From assembly GCA_046313635.1 (NCBI GenBank), contig JBKBYA010000006.1, forward strand, positions 96,001-160,000: 64,000 bases of DNA. The letters run 5' to 3'. The notes under the pieces are model-generated. The model was given only the letters and a program-made list of their open reading frames with translations, was not told where the DNA came from and did not search any database. This stretch comes from Pyrinomonadaceae bacterium (GTDB lineage Bacteria > Acidobacteriota > Blastocatellia > Pyrinomonadales > Pyrinomonadaceae). Below, one piece after another: positions 40,461-48,898 of the stretch (position 1 is its first letter; each line of letters starts with the position of its first letter). A program made the translations under genes and the position numbers.

Positions 40461-43400
40461 TGCACGACGTAAACGTCCTCGAGGACCAGCCCATCGCGTG
40501 GACGCCCTCGCCCGAGGTAATAGAACGCGCCCAGCTCACACGCTTTATGCGCCAGGTCGGCGTCTCGACCTGGGAAGAGCTCTACGACTACTCCGTCCGC
40601 GACGTCGCTAGATTCACCGAGGACGTCATCAAATTCCTCGACATAAGATTCGACCCGCCGTACGAGCAGATCCTCGATACGTCCAACGGCGTCGAATTCC
40701 CGAATTGGCTCACACGGAACGCGGACGCCCTCGTCCGCAACGAACGGAACGCGGACGCCCTCGTCCGCAATGAGGGCGAAGCCCGAACCACCGCCGCCAC
40801 ATTCGCCAACAAAAAGGGCTGGCACGAACGCGGCTACCTGCCGCACTTTGACGGCGTGGTAACGCAGTTCGTCACGTTCCGCCTCGGCGACTCGCTTCCG
40901 CAAAGCGTCCTCAAGCGTTTCAAAGATGAACTCGAACGCGACAAGTTAACCGAAAACTCCGACGAATACCGCACGATGATCGAGGACTATCTCGACAAAG
41001 GCATAGGCTCGTGCATCCTCCGCGACCCCGAGATCGCCGGGATCGTTGCCGACGCGATCAGACACGAGGACGGCCGAAGCTGCAAAATTCTCGCCTGGGT
41101 CGTAATGCCGAACCACGTGCACGTGCTGCTGAGACCGCTCGAAGGTCATAGCCTCTCATCGATAATAAAGGCGATCAAAAGTGCGTCATCTCACAAGATA
41201 AACAAATTGCTCGCACGCTCCGGTGCGGTCTGGCAGCCTGACTATTTTGACCGCTTTATCCGCGACGCGGAACACTTCAGCAATACTCTCCGCTATATCG
41301 AAGACAACCCGGTCAAAGCCGGCTTGGCCAACTCGCCCGACGAATGGCCCTTCTGTTCTGCGGCCAAAACGGAACGCGGACGCCCAACGGAACGCGGACG
41401 CCCAACGGAACGCGGACGCCCTCGTCCGCATGAGCGTCCGTCTTCGGACGCGAAGACCACGCCGACCGATCAAATTGACGAGGGCCCGTCGCGCTCTTCG
41501 GGCTCCGCCCTCATTGCGGACGAGGGCGTCCGCGTTCCGTCGCACGCCGGCCTCAACATCACCACAATGTGCCTCGACCGCTGGCAGACGGACGAGATGA
41601 GGGATCAGCCGGCGGTCATATGGGAAGGCGAGGACGGGTCAACAAGAACTTACAGCTACTCACAGTTGATGGACAACGTCGTGGCCTGCGTAAATCGGCT
41701 CACAGACCTCGGGCTCAAAAAGGGTGACGCGATCGGAATTCACCTGCCGATGCTTCCGGAGACGGTCGCTGCCCTGCTTGCGATCAACCGGGTAGGATGT
41801 ATAGCCGTCCCTGTATTTTCGGGTTACGGCGTGGATGCGATCGCCTCACGACTGAACGCCGTCGGAGCAAAGGCCTTGTTCACATGTTTCGGCACGAGTC
41901 GCCGAGGAAAGGCCGTCGATATGGTGAGCGTCGCGGCCCAAGCCGTAGCAAACGTTTCCTCAGTTGAATCGATCATTCTCGTCGGCGGGAAAGGCGTCTC
42001 GGATCTCGGCCCTGAAGCTTTCGCAAAGGAACAGGAACGTCTCAGCAAAGAGGTTTTCGGAGGTAAGGTTGTTTCTCCGTGGCGAGTGAACGGAGACCTT
42101 TTCGACCTCCTTGACGATAATCCGCCCGCTAGAACTTCCGCCGAAGACCCGCTCATCATCCTCTACACCTCCGGCACCACGGGCAAGCCGAAAGGCATCG
42201 CACACACGCATGCGAGTTTTCCGATCAAGGCGGCGCAGGACATGGCGTTTGGGACGGACGTGGGCCGCGGCACGCGCATCTGTTGGTACACCGATATCGG
42301 CTGGATGATGGGCCCGTGGCTGATCTATGGAGCCCTCTTAAACGGCGCGACGATCTGCCTCTACGACGGCGCTCCCGATTACCCGACACCCGACCGAATG
42401 TGGGAATTCTGCGCGCGTCACAGGGTCGAGGTCCTCGGCATCTCTCCGACGCTTGTACGCGCGTTGGCTGCGGCTGAAGAAAGTAGCGGGGACGCAGCAA
42501 ACGGAACGCGGACGCCCTCGTCCGCAACAAACGGAACGCGGACGCCCTCGTCCGCAACAAACGGAACGCGGACGCCCTCGTCCGCAATGAGCCCGCAGGG
42601 CGAACAGGCCGCAGCGCCTGATCATGAAGGTCCGGACGCGGTTGCGTCCGTTGCGGACGAGGGCGTCCGCGTTCCGCCGTACGAACGCCATGATCTAAGC
42701 TCACTGCGCGCTTTCGCCTCGACTGGCGAGCCTTGGAATCCCGCGCCTTGGTGGTGGCTGTTTGAAAAGGTCGGCAATTCAAAGCTGCCGATCATCAACT
42801 ACTCCGGCGGCACGGAGATCTCGGGCGGCATCCTGATGGGCAATCCGCTGCTGCCGCAGAAGCCGTGTTCGTTCCCCGCGCCGTGTCCGGGAATGGACGT
42901 CGACATCCTCGACGAGAACGGCGAGCCCGTCGGCCCGAATCAGGTCGGCGAGCTCGTCATCAAACAGCCCTGGATCGGTATGGCCCGCGGCTTTTGGCAG
43001 GAGAAGGAGCGTTATCTCGAGACCTACTGGTCGCGCTTCAAAGACATCTGGGTCCACGGCGACTGGGCGATGCGCGATAAGGACGGGCACTGGTTCATCC
43101 TCGGCCGCTCGGACGACACGCTCAAGGTCGCGGGCAAGCGAGTCGGCCCCGCCGAGGTCGAATCGCTCCTCGTCGCCCACCCGCTCGTCACCGAAGCCGC
43201 CGTCATCGGCGTCCCGGACGAAGTGAAAGGCACGGCGATGGTGGCGTTTTGTGTGGCTAGGGATGAGGGCGGAGGGATGAGGGATGATCCGACTACTGCT
43301 TCATCCCTCATCCCTCATCCCTCATCCCTTGAGGCCGAGCTCCGCGCTCTCGTCGCCAAAGACATGGGCAAACCGCTCGCTCCGTCAAAGATCCATTTCG

Positions 43401-43540
43401 TCTCCGCCCTGCCCAAGACGCGGAACGCGAAGGTCATGCGCCGCGTCATCCGCGCCGCGTACCTCGGCGAAGACCCGGGCGACCTTTCCGCCCTCGAGAA
43501 TCCGTCGGCCGTCGACGAGATCCGCGGAGCAAGCCAATGA
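40460..43540 (+). CDS. Acetyl-CoA synthetase-like AMP-binding enzyme (1026 aa) with three in-frame repeat/transposase insertions
   Basis: [57 protein letters not shown]; uninterrupted ORF. Confidence 0.92.
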   Translation: MHDVNVLEDQPIAWTPSPEVIERAQLTRFMRQVGVSTWEELYDYSVRDVARFTEDVIKFLDIRFDPPYEQILDTSNGVEFPNWLTRNADALVRNERNADALVRNEGEARTTAATFANKKGWHERGYLPHFDGVVTQFVTFRLGDSLPQSVLKRFKDELERDKLTENSDEYRTMIEDYLDKGIGSCILRDPEIAGIVADAIRHEDGRSCKILAWVVMPNHVHVLLRPLEGHSLSSIIKAIKSASSHKINKLLARSGAVWQPDYFDRFIRDAEHFSNTLRYIEDNPVKAGLANSPDEWPFCSAAKTERGRPTERGRPTERGRPRPHERPSSDAKTTPTDQIDEGPSRSSGSALIADEGVRVPSHAGLNITTMCLDRWQTDEMRDQPAVIWEGEDGSTRTYSYSQLMDNVVACVNRLTDLGLKKGDAIGIHLPMLPETVAALLAINRVGCIAVPVFSGYGVDAIASRLNAVGAKALFTCFGTSRRGKAVDMVSVAAQAVANVSSVESIILVGGKGVSDLGPEAFAKEQERLSKEVFGGKVVSPWRVNGDLFDLLDDNPPARTSAEDPLIILYTSGTTGKPKGIAHTHASFPIKAAQDMAFGTDVGRGTRICWYTDIGWMMGPWLIYGALLNGATICLYDGAPDYPTPDRMWEFCARHRVEVLGISPTLVRALAAAEESSGDAANGTRTPSSATNGTRTPSSATNGTRTPSSAMSPQGEQAAAPDHEGPDAVASVADEGVRVPPYERHDLSSLRAFASTGEPWNPAPWWWLFEKVGNSKLPIINYSGGTEISGGILMGNPLLPQKPCSFPAPCPGMDVDILDENGEPVGPNQVGELVIKQPWIGMARGFWQEKERYLETYWSRFKDIWVHGDWAMRDKDGHWFILGRSDDTLKVAGKRVGPAEVESLLVAHPLVTEAAVIGVPDEVKGTAMVAFCVARDEGGGMRDDPTTASSLIPHPSSLEAELRALVAKDMGKPLAPSKIHFVSALPKTRNAKVMRRVIRAAYLGEDPGDLSALENPSAVDEIRGASQ
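40714..41540 (+). mobile_element. RAYT (REP-associated HUH/Y1 tyrosine transposase) element flanked by inverted REP arms, inserted in frame in acs
   Basis: Domain 40811-41368: [21 protein letters not shown] (HUH), [26 protein letters not shown]; arms 40744-40787 and 41497-41540 are 43/44 inverted-identical. Confidence 0.92.
41368..41454 (+). repeat. Tandem truncated REP copies (AACGGAACGCGGACGCCC x3, plus TCGTCCGCA) and hairpin GCGTCCG-TCTT-CGGACGC
   Basis: Direct reading; encodes TERGRP x3. Confidence 0.9.
42501..42676 (+). repeat. Cargo-less REP cluster (REPIN-like) in frame in acs
   Basis: ACGGAACGCGGACGCCCTCGTCCGCAA x3 at 30-nt period (42501, 42531, 42561) plus inverted copy 42651-42676; encodes NGTRTPSSA x3 ... 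ADEGVRVP. Confidence 0.93.
43259..43329 (+). repeat. Cargo-less GGGATGA heptamer hairpin in frame in acs
   Basis: 29-nt arm identical to 119-147, 13-nt loop, 29-nt TCATCCC arm; encodes [24 protein letters not shown]. Confidence 0.95.
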
Positions 43541-43989
43541 CGACCGTTTACACCATCGGCCACGGGCGGCACGATTTCAAATACTTTCTCGAGCTGCTGC
43601 AAAAGTTTGAGATCGAATTCTTGTGCGACGTCCGCAGCGTCGCGCGTTCGCGTTGGCCGCAGTTCAACGGGCTCGTGCTGGCCGAGCTGCTTCGCGACAG
43701 CGGTATCGGCTACGAGCACCTGCCGGAGACCGGCGGCAAGACCAAGCCCAAACCCGACGACCTCGCACGCGGCATCGAACGCATTCTCGAGATCGCCGCC
43801 GAGCTGCGGACCGTCATCATGTGTTCCGAATCGCAGCCGCTCTCGCAGCACAAGCTACCGCGCGCCAACTGTCACCGCGTCGGAATGCTCGCCCCGATGC
43901 TCAAGGCCAAAGGCGCGCGGATCATTCACATCTTGCCCAACGGCGAATCGCTCGAAGCAGACGAGTCGCTGTTTCCGTCAATCTGGTAA
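43537..43989 (+). CDS. DUF488 family protein
   Basis: VYTIGH, LCDVRS..RSR.PQFN, GIGYEHL, IMCSE...CHR; ATGA overlap with acs stop. Confidence 0.88.
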   Translation: MTTVYTIGHGRHDFKYFLELLQKFEIEFLCDVRSVARSRWPQFNGLVLAELLRDSGIGYEHLPETGGKTKPKPDDLARGIERILEIAAELRTVIMCSESQPLSQHKLPRANCHRVGMLAPMLKAKGARIIHILPNGESLEADESLFPSIW

Positions 43990-44891
43990 GGCGTCGCGCG
44001 TGGGATCCAGCATTTCACATTCGCCCGGTACGCGTCGTATTCGGCGCCGAATCTTGAGGCCAGATCATCCTCCTCGAGCGGGCGAAAGATGAATTGCCAA
44101 ATAAGGGAGCCCGTCAAAGCATAAAGTGCTACTAGAGGCGAGCCTAGAAACAACGCCACAGTGAGTCCCTGCCCGATGCCGGACAGGGCCATTGGATTGC
44201 GAACGTACGCATACGGCCCTGCAACGACAAGGTTATTAGCATGGTCAAGCGGCAGCGGAGTACCGTGGCCCCACCGCGACATCGAATGCGCGCTGAGAAT
44301 GCCGAGGCCGCTAATCGAGATAAAGAGGATCGACGCGATCGCTTCCTGATATGCAAAATCAATACGCTCTATGCCGATCTTCTCTTCGAGGATCGTCAAA
44401 AGATACGGAACAAGGATCAGTATCAGCGTCCAGACGACGGTGATCTGTATGTACGCCTTCGCGAGTGTCCGACGAGTCGACGACAAGGCGGACGGTCGAA
44501 ACATCGAAAGGCCAAACGTGATGCCCGTCGCAAAAACTCCGCACCAGAGTGTCGCTGCCATCATCATCGCGACACCTGGCCATCCCGCGTCGGTCCGCAT
44601 CGCCGCCGCAAAGGTATATACGGTCGCGTAACTGATCGCACCGGTTACAAGCCACGCGGCCGACGAGGCTAGACGGCTTTGAAAGAAACATAGGACGGCT
44701 GCCGTAACCGAACCGGGCATCACGATAACAAGATCGGGCAGGCGAAAAGCGATAAACGCGACCGGAGAAGAAGGATCGATCTCGAAATACCTGCGCAGCG
44801 ACGGTTCGAACGCCAGAGCGATCCACCACGCTGCGGTCGCCGCGGCCAGCAGAGCAAAGAACCAGCCTGCATTTCGGAAAACTTTTTTCAT
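43926..44891 (-). CDS. Isoprenylcysteine carboxyl methyltransferase / PEMT-family membrane protein
   Basis: GHGTPLP, LVVAGPYAYVRNPM, EE..L..RFGAEY..Y...V..WIPR. Confidence 0.85.
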   Translation of the reverse strand: MKKVFRNAGWFFALLAAATAAWWIALAFEPSLRRYFEIDPSSPVAFIAFRLPDLVIVMPGSVTAAVLCFFQSRLASSAAWLVTGAISYATVYTFAAAMRTDAGWPGVAMMMAATLWCGVFATGITFGLSMFRPSALSSTRRTLAKAYIQITVVWTLILILVPYLLTILEEKIGIERIDFAYQEAIASILFISISGLGILSAHSMSRWGHGTPLPLDHANNLVVAGPYAYVRNPMALSGIGQGLTVALFLGSPLVALYALTGSLIWQFIFRPLEEDDLASRFGAEYDAYRANVKCWIPRATPYQIDGNSDSSASSDSPLGKM

Positions 44892-44971
44892 CAAGATTCT
44901 GGGACCCAACCCTTGATCCTGGGCGACTGATAGACTGAAAGTCAGGCAGGAATTTAGCGCCTTAACTACCG

Positions 44972-45592
44972 ATGTCAAAACCGCTCGACCGACAAACCCT
45001 GGCGAGAGCCTGCCGCGAACTTGCTGCGGCTGATCCAACGCTCGGCGTGTCTCTTGCGCGTCACGGCACGCCGCCGCTGTGGGACCGCGAGCCGGGGTTT
45101 GCGACGCTTTTGCAGATCATTCTCGAGCAGCAGGTGTCTCTCGCGTCGGCAAAGGCTTGTTTCGACAAGCTGGCGGCGCGGCTCGGCGGTGTGCGGCCGG
45201 AAGGCGTTTTGACGCTCGACGATGACGAGATGCGGGCTGTCGGCTTCAGCCGGCAAAAGGCCGCGTACGCGCGGCATCTCGCCGAAGCGGTTCTCGACGG
45301 CAGGTTCGACTTCGAAGCGGTTCATTCGCTCCCCGATCACGAGGCGAAGCACGAGCTGATGCGACTCAAAGGCGTCGGTCACTGGACGGCCGACATTTAC
45401 CTGCTGATGGCAATGCTCCGGCCCGACGTGATGCCCCGCGGCGACCTCGCCCTCCACATCGCCTGGCAAAAGATCACCGGCGCCGAGCGGCGTCCCGACG
45501 CGGACGAGTTTCTGACGATCGCCGAGTCCTGGCGGCCATACCGCTCGGTCGCCGCACGAATGCTGTGGCACTTTTATCTAAGTGACAAGTGA
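44972..45592 (+). CDS. DNA-3-methyladenine glycosylase II (AlkA/HhH-GPD)
   Basis: ILEQQVSLASA, LMRLKGVGHWTA, PDVMPRGDL, WRPYRSVAA. Confidence 0.92.
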   Translation: MSKPLDRQTLARACRELAAADPTLGVSLARHGTPPLWDREPGFATLLQIILEQQVSLASAKACFDKLAARLGGVRPEGVLTLDDDEMRAVGFSRQKAAYARHLAEAVLDGRFDFEAVHSLPDHEAKHELMRLKGVGHWTADIYLLMAMLRPDVMPRGDLALHIAWQKITGAERRPDADEFLTIAESWRPYRSVAARMLWHFYLSDK

Positions 45593-45713
45593 CGAGTGAC
45601 AAGTGACGAGTAAAACGGGAAAAACGAATCCGCCTCTTTCTTATCACTTGTCACTCGCCACTTGTCACTTGTCGCTTTCCATTACTCACCGTTCACCACT
45701 CACCATTCACTAC
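45580..45713. repeat. Cargo-less (A/G)AGTGAC / GTCACT(T/C) heptamer hairpin plus TCACCA(C/T)-type heptamer array
   Basis: Left arm 45580-45613, right arm 45643-45677, then TCACCGT TCACCAC TCACCAT TCACTAC (45686-45713); left arm supplies the alkA stop. Confidence 0.9.
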
Positions 45714-45736
45714 TAGCTCGTGCTACTTTTTTCACG

Positions 45737-46327
45737 ATGAAGATCCTCGACGTCGGCTGCGGCGCAAACAAATTTGAAGGAGCGATCGGGCTCGACAACA
45801 ATCCTCGTACCGCCGCCGACGTGATCCACGATCTCGGCGATCTGCCGTATCCGTTTGCCGACGACGAATTTGACCTCGTCGTATCGCGTCACGTCGTCGA
45901 GCACGTCCCCGACGTGATGGCGTTTATCACCGAGCTGCACCGCATCACACGGCCCGGCGGCCGCATTCGTCTCGTGACGCCGCACTACACCAACCCCGAC
46001 TGGGCAAACGACCTGACGCACCGCAATCACCTGAACTCGTATTCGTTCAACACTTTCCTTCCGGGGCGGCAGGTCTTTGACTTTTACACGGACGTCGAAT
46101 TGCGGCCCGTAAGGACGTACGTCTCGCTGCTCTCCCTGTGGCGGGCGGTCGGGCTCGAGCTGCTCGTAAATGCCGACCAGAGATTTCCGTCGATGCGCTT
46201 TATGCGAAAGTTTTGGGAACATTACCTGAGCGGCATCGTTCGCGGTAAGGAGCTGCACTTTGAGTTTGAAGTGATCAAGCGTCGCACCGGCGAAACCACC
46301 GAGATCGCCCCGCCGTCCAACTCTTAG
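45737..46327 (+). CDS. Class I SAM-dependent methyltransferase
   Basis: KILDVGCG, PF.DDEFD.V.SRHVVEH, ELHRITRPGG. Confidence 0.88.
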   Translation: MKILDVGCGANKFEGAIGLDNNPRTAADVIHDLGDLPYPFADDEFDLVVSRHVVEHVPDVMAFITELHRITRPGGRIRLVTPHYTNPDWANDLTHRNHLNSYSFNTFLPGRQVFDFYTDVELRPVRTYVSLLSLWRAVGLELLVNADQRFPSMRFMRKFWEHYLSGIVRGKELHFEFEVIKRRTGETTEIAPPSNS

Positions 46328-46391
46328 GCTCAGTTGCGACATCTGTTATTGTTGTATCGACCTTTAGTTCTCGACCGAGAGGAAATTTGCC

Positions 46392-47486
46392 ATGAAGAAA
46401 AAATTGATCGCTCTGCTGACGCTTTTTGCGATGGGTGTCAACGCAAGTGTATTTGCCGTCGGCGCGAGCTCCGAAACGGCCGCCCACGCGGCCCCGTCGT
46501 CAGACGTCGTGCGGATGCTGCCGGCCTCTGACATGGTCATGACCGTTGACGTGCGACGCGTGCTCGACGAGATGGTGCCGCGGATCTTGGCAGGCAAGCC
46601 CGCCCTGCTCGCAGAGGTCCGATCGGCTCTTGCCGAAGTGCAAAAAACGGTCGGCATCGATCCTCGCAGCCTGGGCTCGATCGCGATGGGAATTCGATTC
46701 AAAAAGATCGACCCCAACGATCCGCAATTCGAATTTGCGGCGATCGCCCGCGGCGACATCAACGCAAACGCGCTGATGGGCATCGCGAGATTGGGCGCAA
46801 ACGGCAAATACCGCGAAGAAAAGATCGGCGAGCGGGTCGTTTACATCTTTCGCGTTGAGGACAAGATAACCAAAAAGGTCACGCAGACCGCGGCTAAGAC
46901 GGCCCGTACCGGTACCCGCGCACGCCTCGCGGCGAAGGGCAAAGCGGCAAAGCCGGCGGCCAAGTCCGCCCCGGATCCGTTTGAGGAGATCGCCGTCACG
47001 GCATACGACCCGAACACGCTCGTGATGGGCACCCCGGCGCACGTTCGCGAGACGATAGCCGGCACCGCGCTTATCTCGACCGAGCTGGCTTCGCTGCTGC
47101 CCGCCGACGGCTCGTCGATCTTTGCATTTGCCGGGCAGATGCCGGCGGGTCTCGAAACTGCCGTCCCGCTGCAAAATGACGAGCTCGGCAAGATCATCCG
47201 CTCGATCGGTTTTGTCGCCGGGTCGATGAACTTGAGGGACGGCGGGGCCGAGATGCGTCTGCTCGCAAGGACCGGGCTTCCCGAGCAGGCCCAGAGTCTG
47301 CTCGAGACGATCCAGGGCCTGCAGACGATCGGCAAGGCCTTTCTCTCCTCGGCAAAGAAGCCCGAGCAGCAGGTGATCGGCCGCATGCTCGAGAGCGCCA
47401 AGACGACGCGTCAGGGCAGCGACGTCATTCTCGATCTGTCGATCCCGTCGAGCGATCTCGACATGCTCATCGCACAGATCAAGTAG
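46392..47486 (+). CDS. Hypothetical secreted protein
   Basis: MKKKLIALL signal peptide; GAGG RBS; Lys/Ala-rich internal stretch. Confidence 0.75.
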   Translation: MKKKLIALLTLFAMGVNASVFAVGASSETAAHAAPSSDVVRMLPASDMVMTVDVRRVLDEMVPRILAGKPALLAEVRSALAEVQKTVGIDPRSLGSIAMGIRFKKIDPNDPQFEFAAIARGDINANALMGIARLGANGKYREEKIGERVVYIFRVEDKITKKVTQTAAKTARTGTRARLAAKGKAAKPAAKSAPDPFEEIAVTAYDPNTLVMGTPAHVRETIAGTALISTELASLLPADGSSIFAFAGQMPAGLETAVPLQNDELGKIIRSIGFVAGSMNLRDGGAEMRLLARTGLPEQAQSLLETIQGLQTIGKAFLSSAKKPEQQVIGRMLESAKTTRQGSDVILDLSIPSSDLDMLIAQIK

Positions 47487-47508
47487 TGGTTTTGTTTTTC
47501 GGTTGAAG

Positions 47509-47548
47509 AAAAAAAGAGGCCGTCCGGAAATGGACGGCCTCTTTTTTT
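47509..47548. terminator. Bidirectional intrinsic terminator
   Basis: A7-GAGGCCGTCC-GGAAAT-GGACGGCCTC-T7. Confidence 0.85.
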
Positions 47549-47607
47549 AACAACTGCCGAGCCCCGTTTGGACGCCCATATGTCCACTTCGCCGATCCTA
47601 TCCCGCA

Positions 47608-47759
47608 TAGCCGCGGCCTTCAGGCCGTGGTCACATCCCAACAAAACTCCACAGCCCGCTTTAGCCGACTTACCCGCAGAGGCCAACATCACAAAGGGCG
47701 TTGAAACGCCCTCGGATTTATTTACGCCGTCTTGACCCCGCCGTGAACGGGCGGGGCTA
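47608..47759. repeat. Inverted REP pair (REPIN-like) of a second family
   Basis: TAGCCGCGGCCTTCAGGCCGTGGTCA ... TGACCCCGCCGTGAACGGGCGGGGCTA, internal hairpin AGGGCGTTGAAACGCCCT. Confidence 0.65.
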
Positions 47760-47865
47760 CGCCAAAGCCAAGATACGATCCAGCCATAGCGAAAATTGCA
47801 GACCAATAAAACTCAACCGTCGATTCCGCGGCGTCATCGACCGCTGGCCAGGCCAACGACGATTA

Positions 47866-48732
47866 TCACGACCGGTAGCGACTCCGCCGCGGGCCGAATC
47901 GGTCGATCTTTGTATCGTATTCGCCGCGGTCGTTAAAGAGCGGGTGCAGGTGCAGCTCGTCGTCGATAAAGGCGGCCCGCAGCTCGACGGGCCGGCCGTG
48001 CGCGTGGGCGATCACGACCTGCGTGCCGCGGACCTCCTCGATCCATCGGGCAAATTCCTCAGCTTTGCCGACCGTCGCCGACAGCAGCAGCAGCCGTATG
48101 CGCGGCGGAGTGAGGATGATCGTCTCTTCCCAGACGTGACCGCGGTCTTCGTCGGCGAGGTAGTGTGCCTCGTCGATGATCACAAAGTCGGTCCTGACCG
48201 CGTCGCCCTGCCGCATCGCGTCAAAGACCTGATTGCGGTAGATCTCGGTCGTCCCGACGATCAGAGGCGCATCGGTATTCTCCTTGCGGTCACCGGTGAG
48301 GATCCCGACGTTCTCGTCGCCGAACTCGAGCTTGAATTCCGTATATTTCGAATTCGTCAGCGCCTTGAGCGGTGTCGTGTACCAGGCACGCTTGCCCTGC
48401 GCCAGCAGCCGGCGGATCTCTTCGCGGGCGATCCAGGTCTTGCCGCTGCCGGTCGGGGCGGTGACGAGCACGTCGTAATGCTCGATCGAGGCGAGCGCGA
48501 GCTTTTGAAATTCGTCCGGCTCAAAAGGCTTAGGCTCAGGCACGCCAATGCCCGAGAGCAAACGCTCGACGGCCCGCAGCTCGGACTCGCTCGGCCGCCG
48601 CGACTCCGGGCGCGGCTCGGCCGAACTTTTTTCTGCAAAGCCGCGTTTACCTTGTCGTTCGTTATGTTGTCGCCGCCCGCCGCCTCGCCCCCTGCGTCTC
48701 GGGCCGCGGCCGCTTGATCCGGAATGCCGCAT
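47866..48732 (-). CDS. Ski2/HelY-like DEAH helicase, N-terminal RecA domain only
   Basis: FQ, APTGSGKT, TPLKALTNSK, GILTGD, TTEIYRN, DEAH, LSAT, RPV; stops before the second RecA domain. Confidence 0.8.
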   Translation of the reverse strand: MRHSGSSGRGPRRRGRGGGRRQHNERQGKRGFAEKSSAEPRPESRRPSESELRAVERLLSGIGVPEPKPFEPDEFQKLALASIEHYDVLVTAPTGSGKTWIAREEIRRLLAQGKRAWYTTPLKALTNSKYTEFKLEFGDENVGILTGDRKENTDAPLIVGTTEIYRNQVFDAMRQGDAVRTDFVIIDEAHYLADEDRGHVWEETIILTPPRIRLLLLSATVGKAEEFARWIEEVRGTQVVIAHAHGRPVELRAAFIDDELHLHPLFNDRGEYDTKIDRFGPRRSRYRS

Positions 48733-48898
48733 TTATCGAGATGTTACGGAATCGAAGTTTGGAAGTCTAATGCTTTCGCCGCCCCGCTCCGGATGGTAGA
48801 ATTTCGATTTGTGCCGCAACGTGATCGCGGCACAGGGCGTCTAAAGGTGCGGTTAATCTTTTTTGGCTTATCGATTTAGCCGAATTGCCCAAGTGAGT

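Noticed and set aside
40714..41540. Insert as an intein or group I/II intron
   Set aside because: No Cys/Ser-start or His-Asn-end splicing motifs, no LAGLIDADG or RT domain, and no recognisable intron core; the domain is a HUH transposase.
42501..42590. 30-nt periodic repeats as a CRISPR array
   Set aside because: Copies are separated by only ~3 nt with no unique spacers, lie in frame in a gene, and no cas genes are present; they are REP copies.
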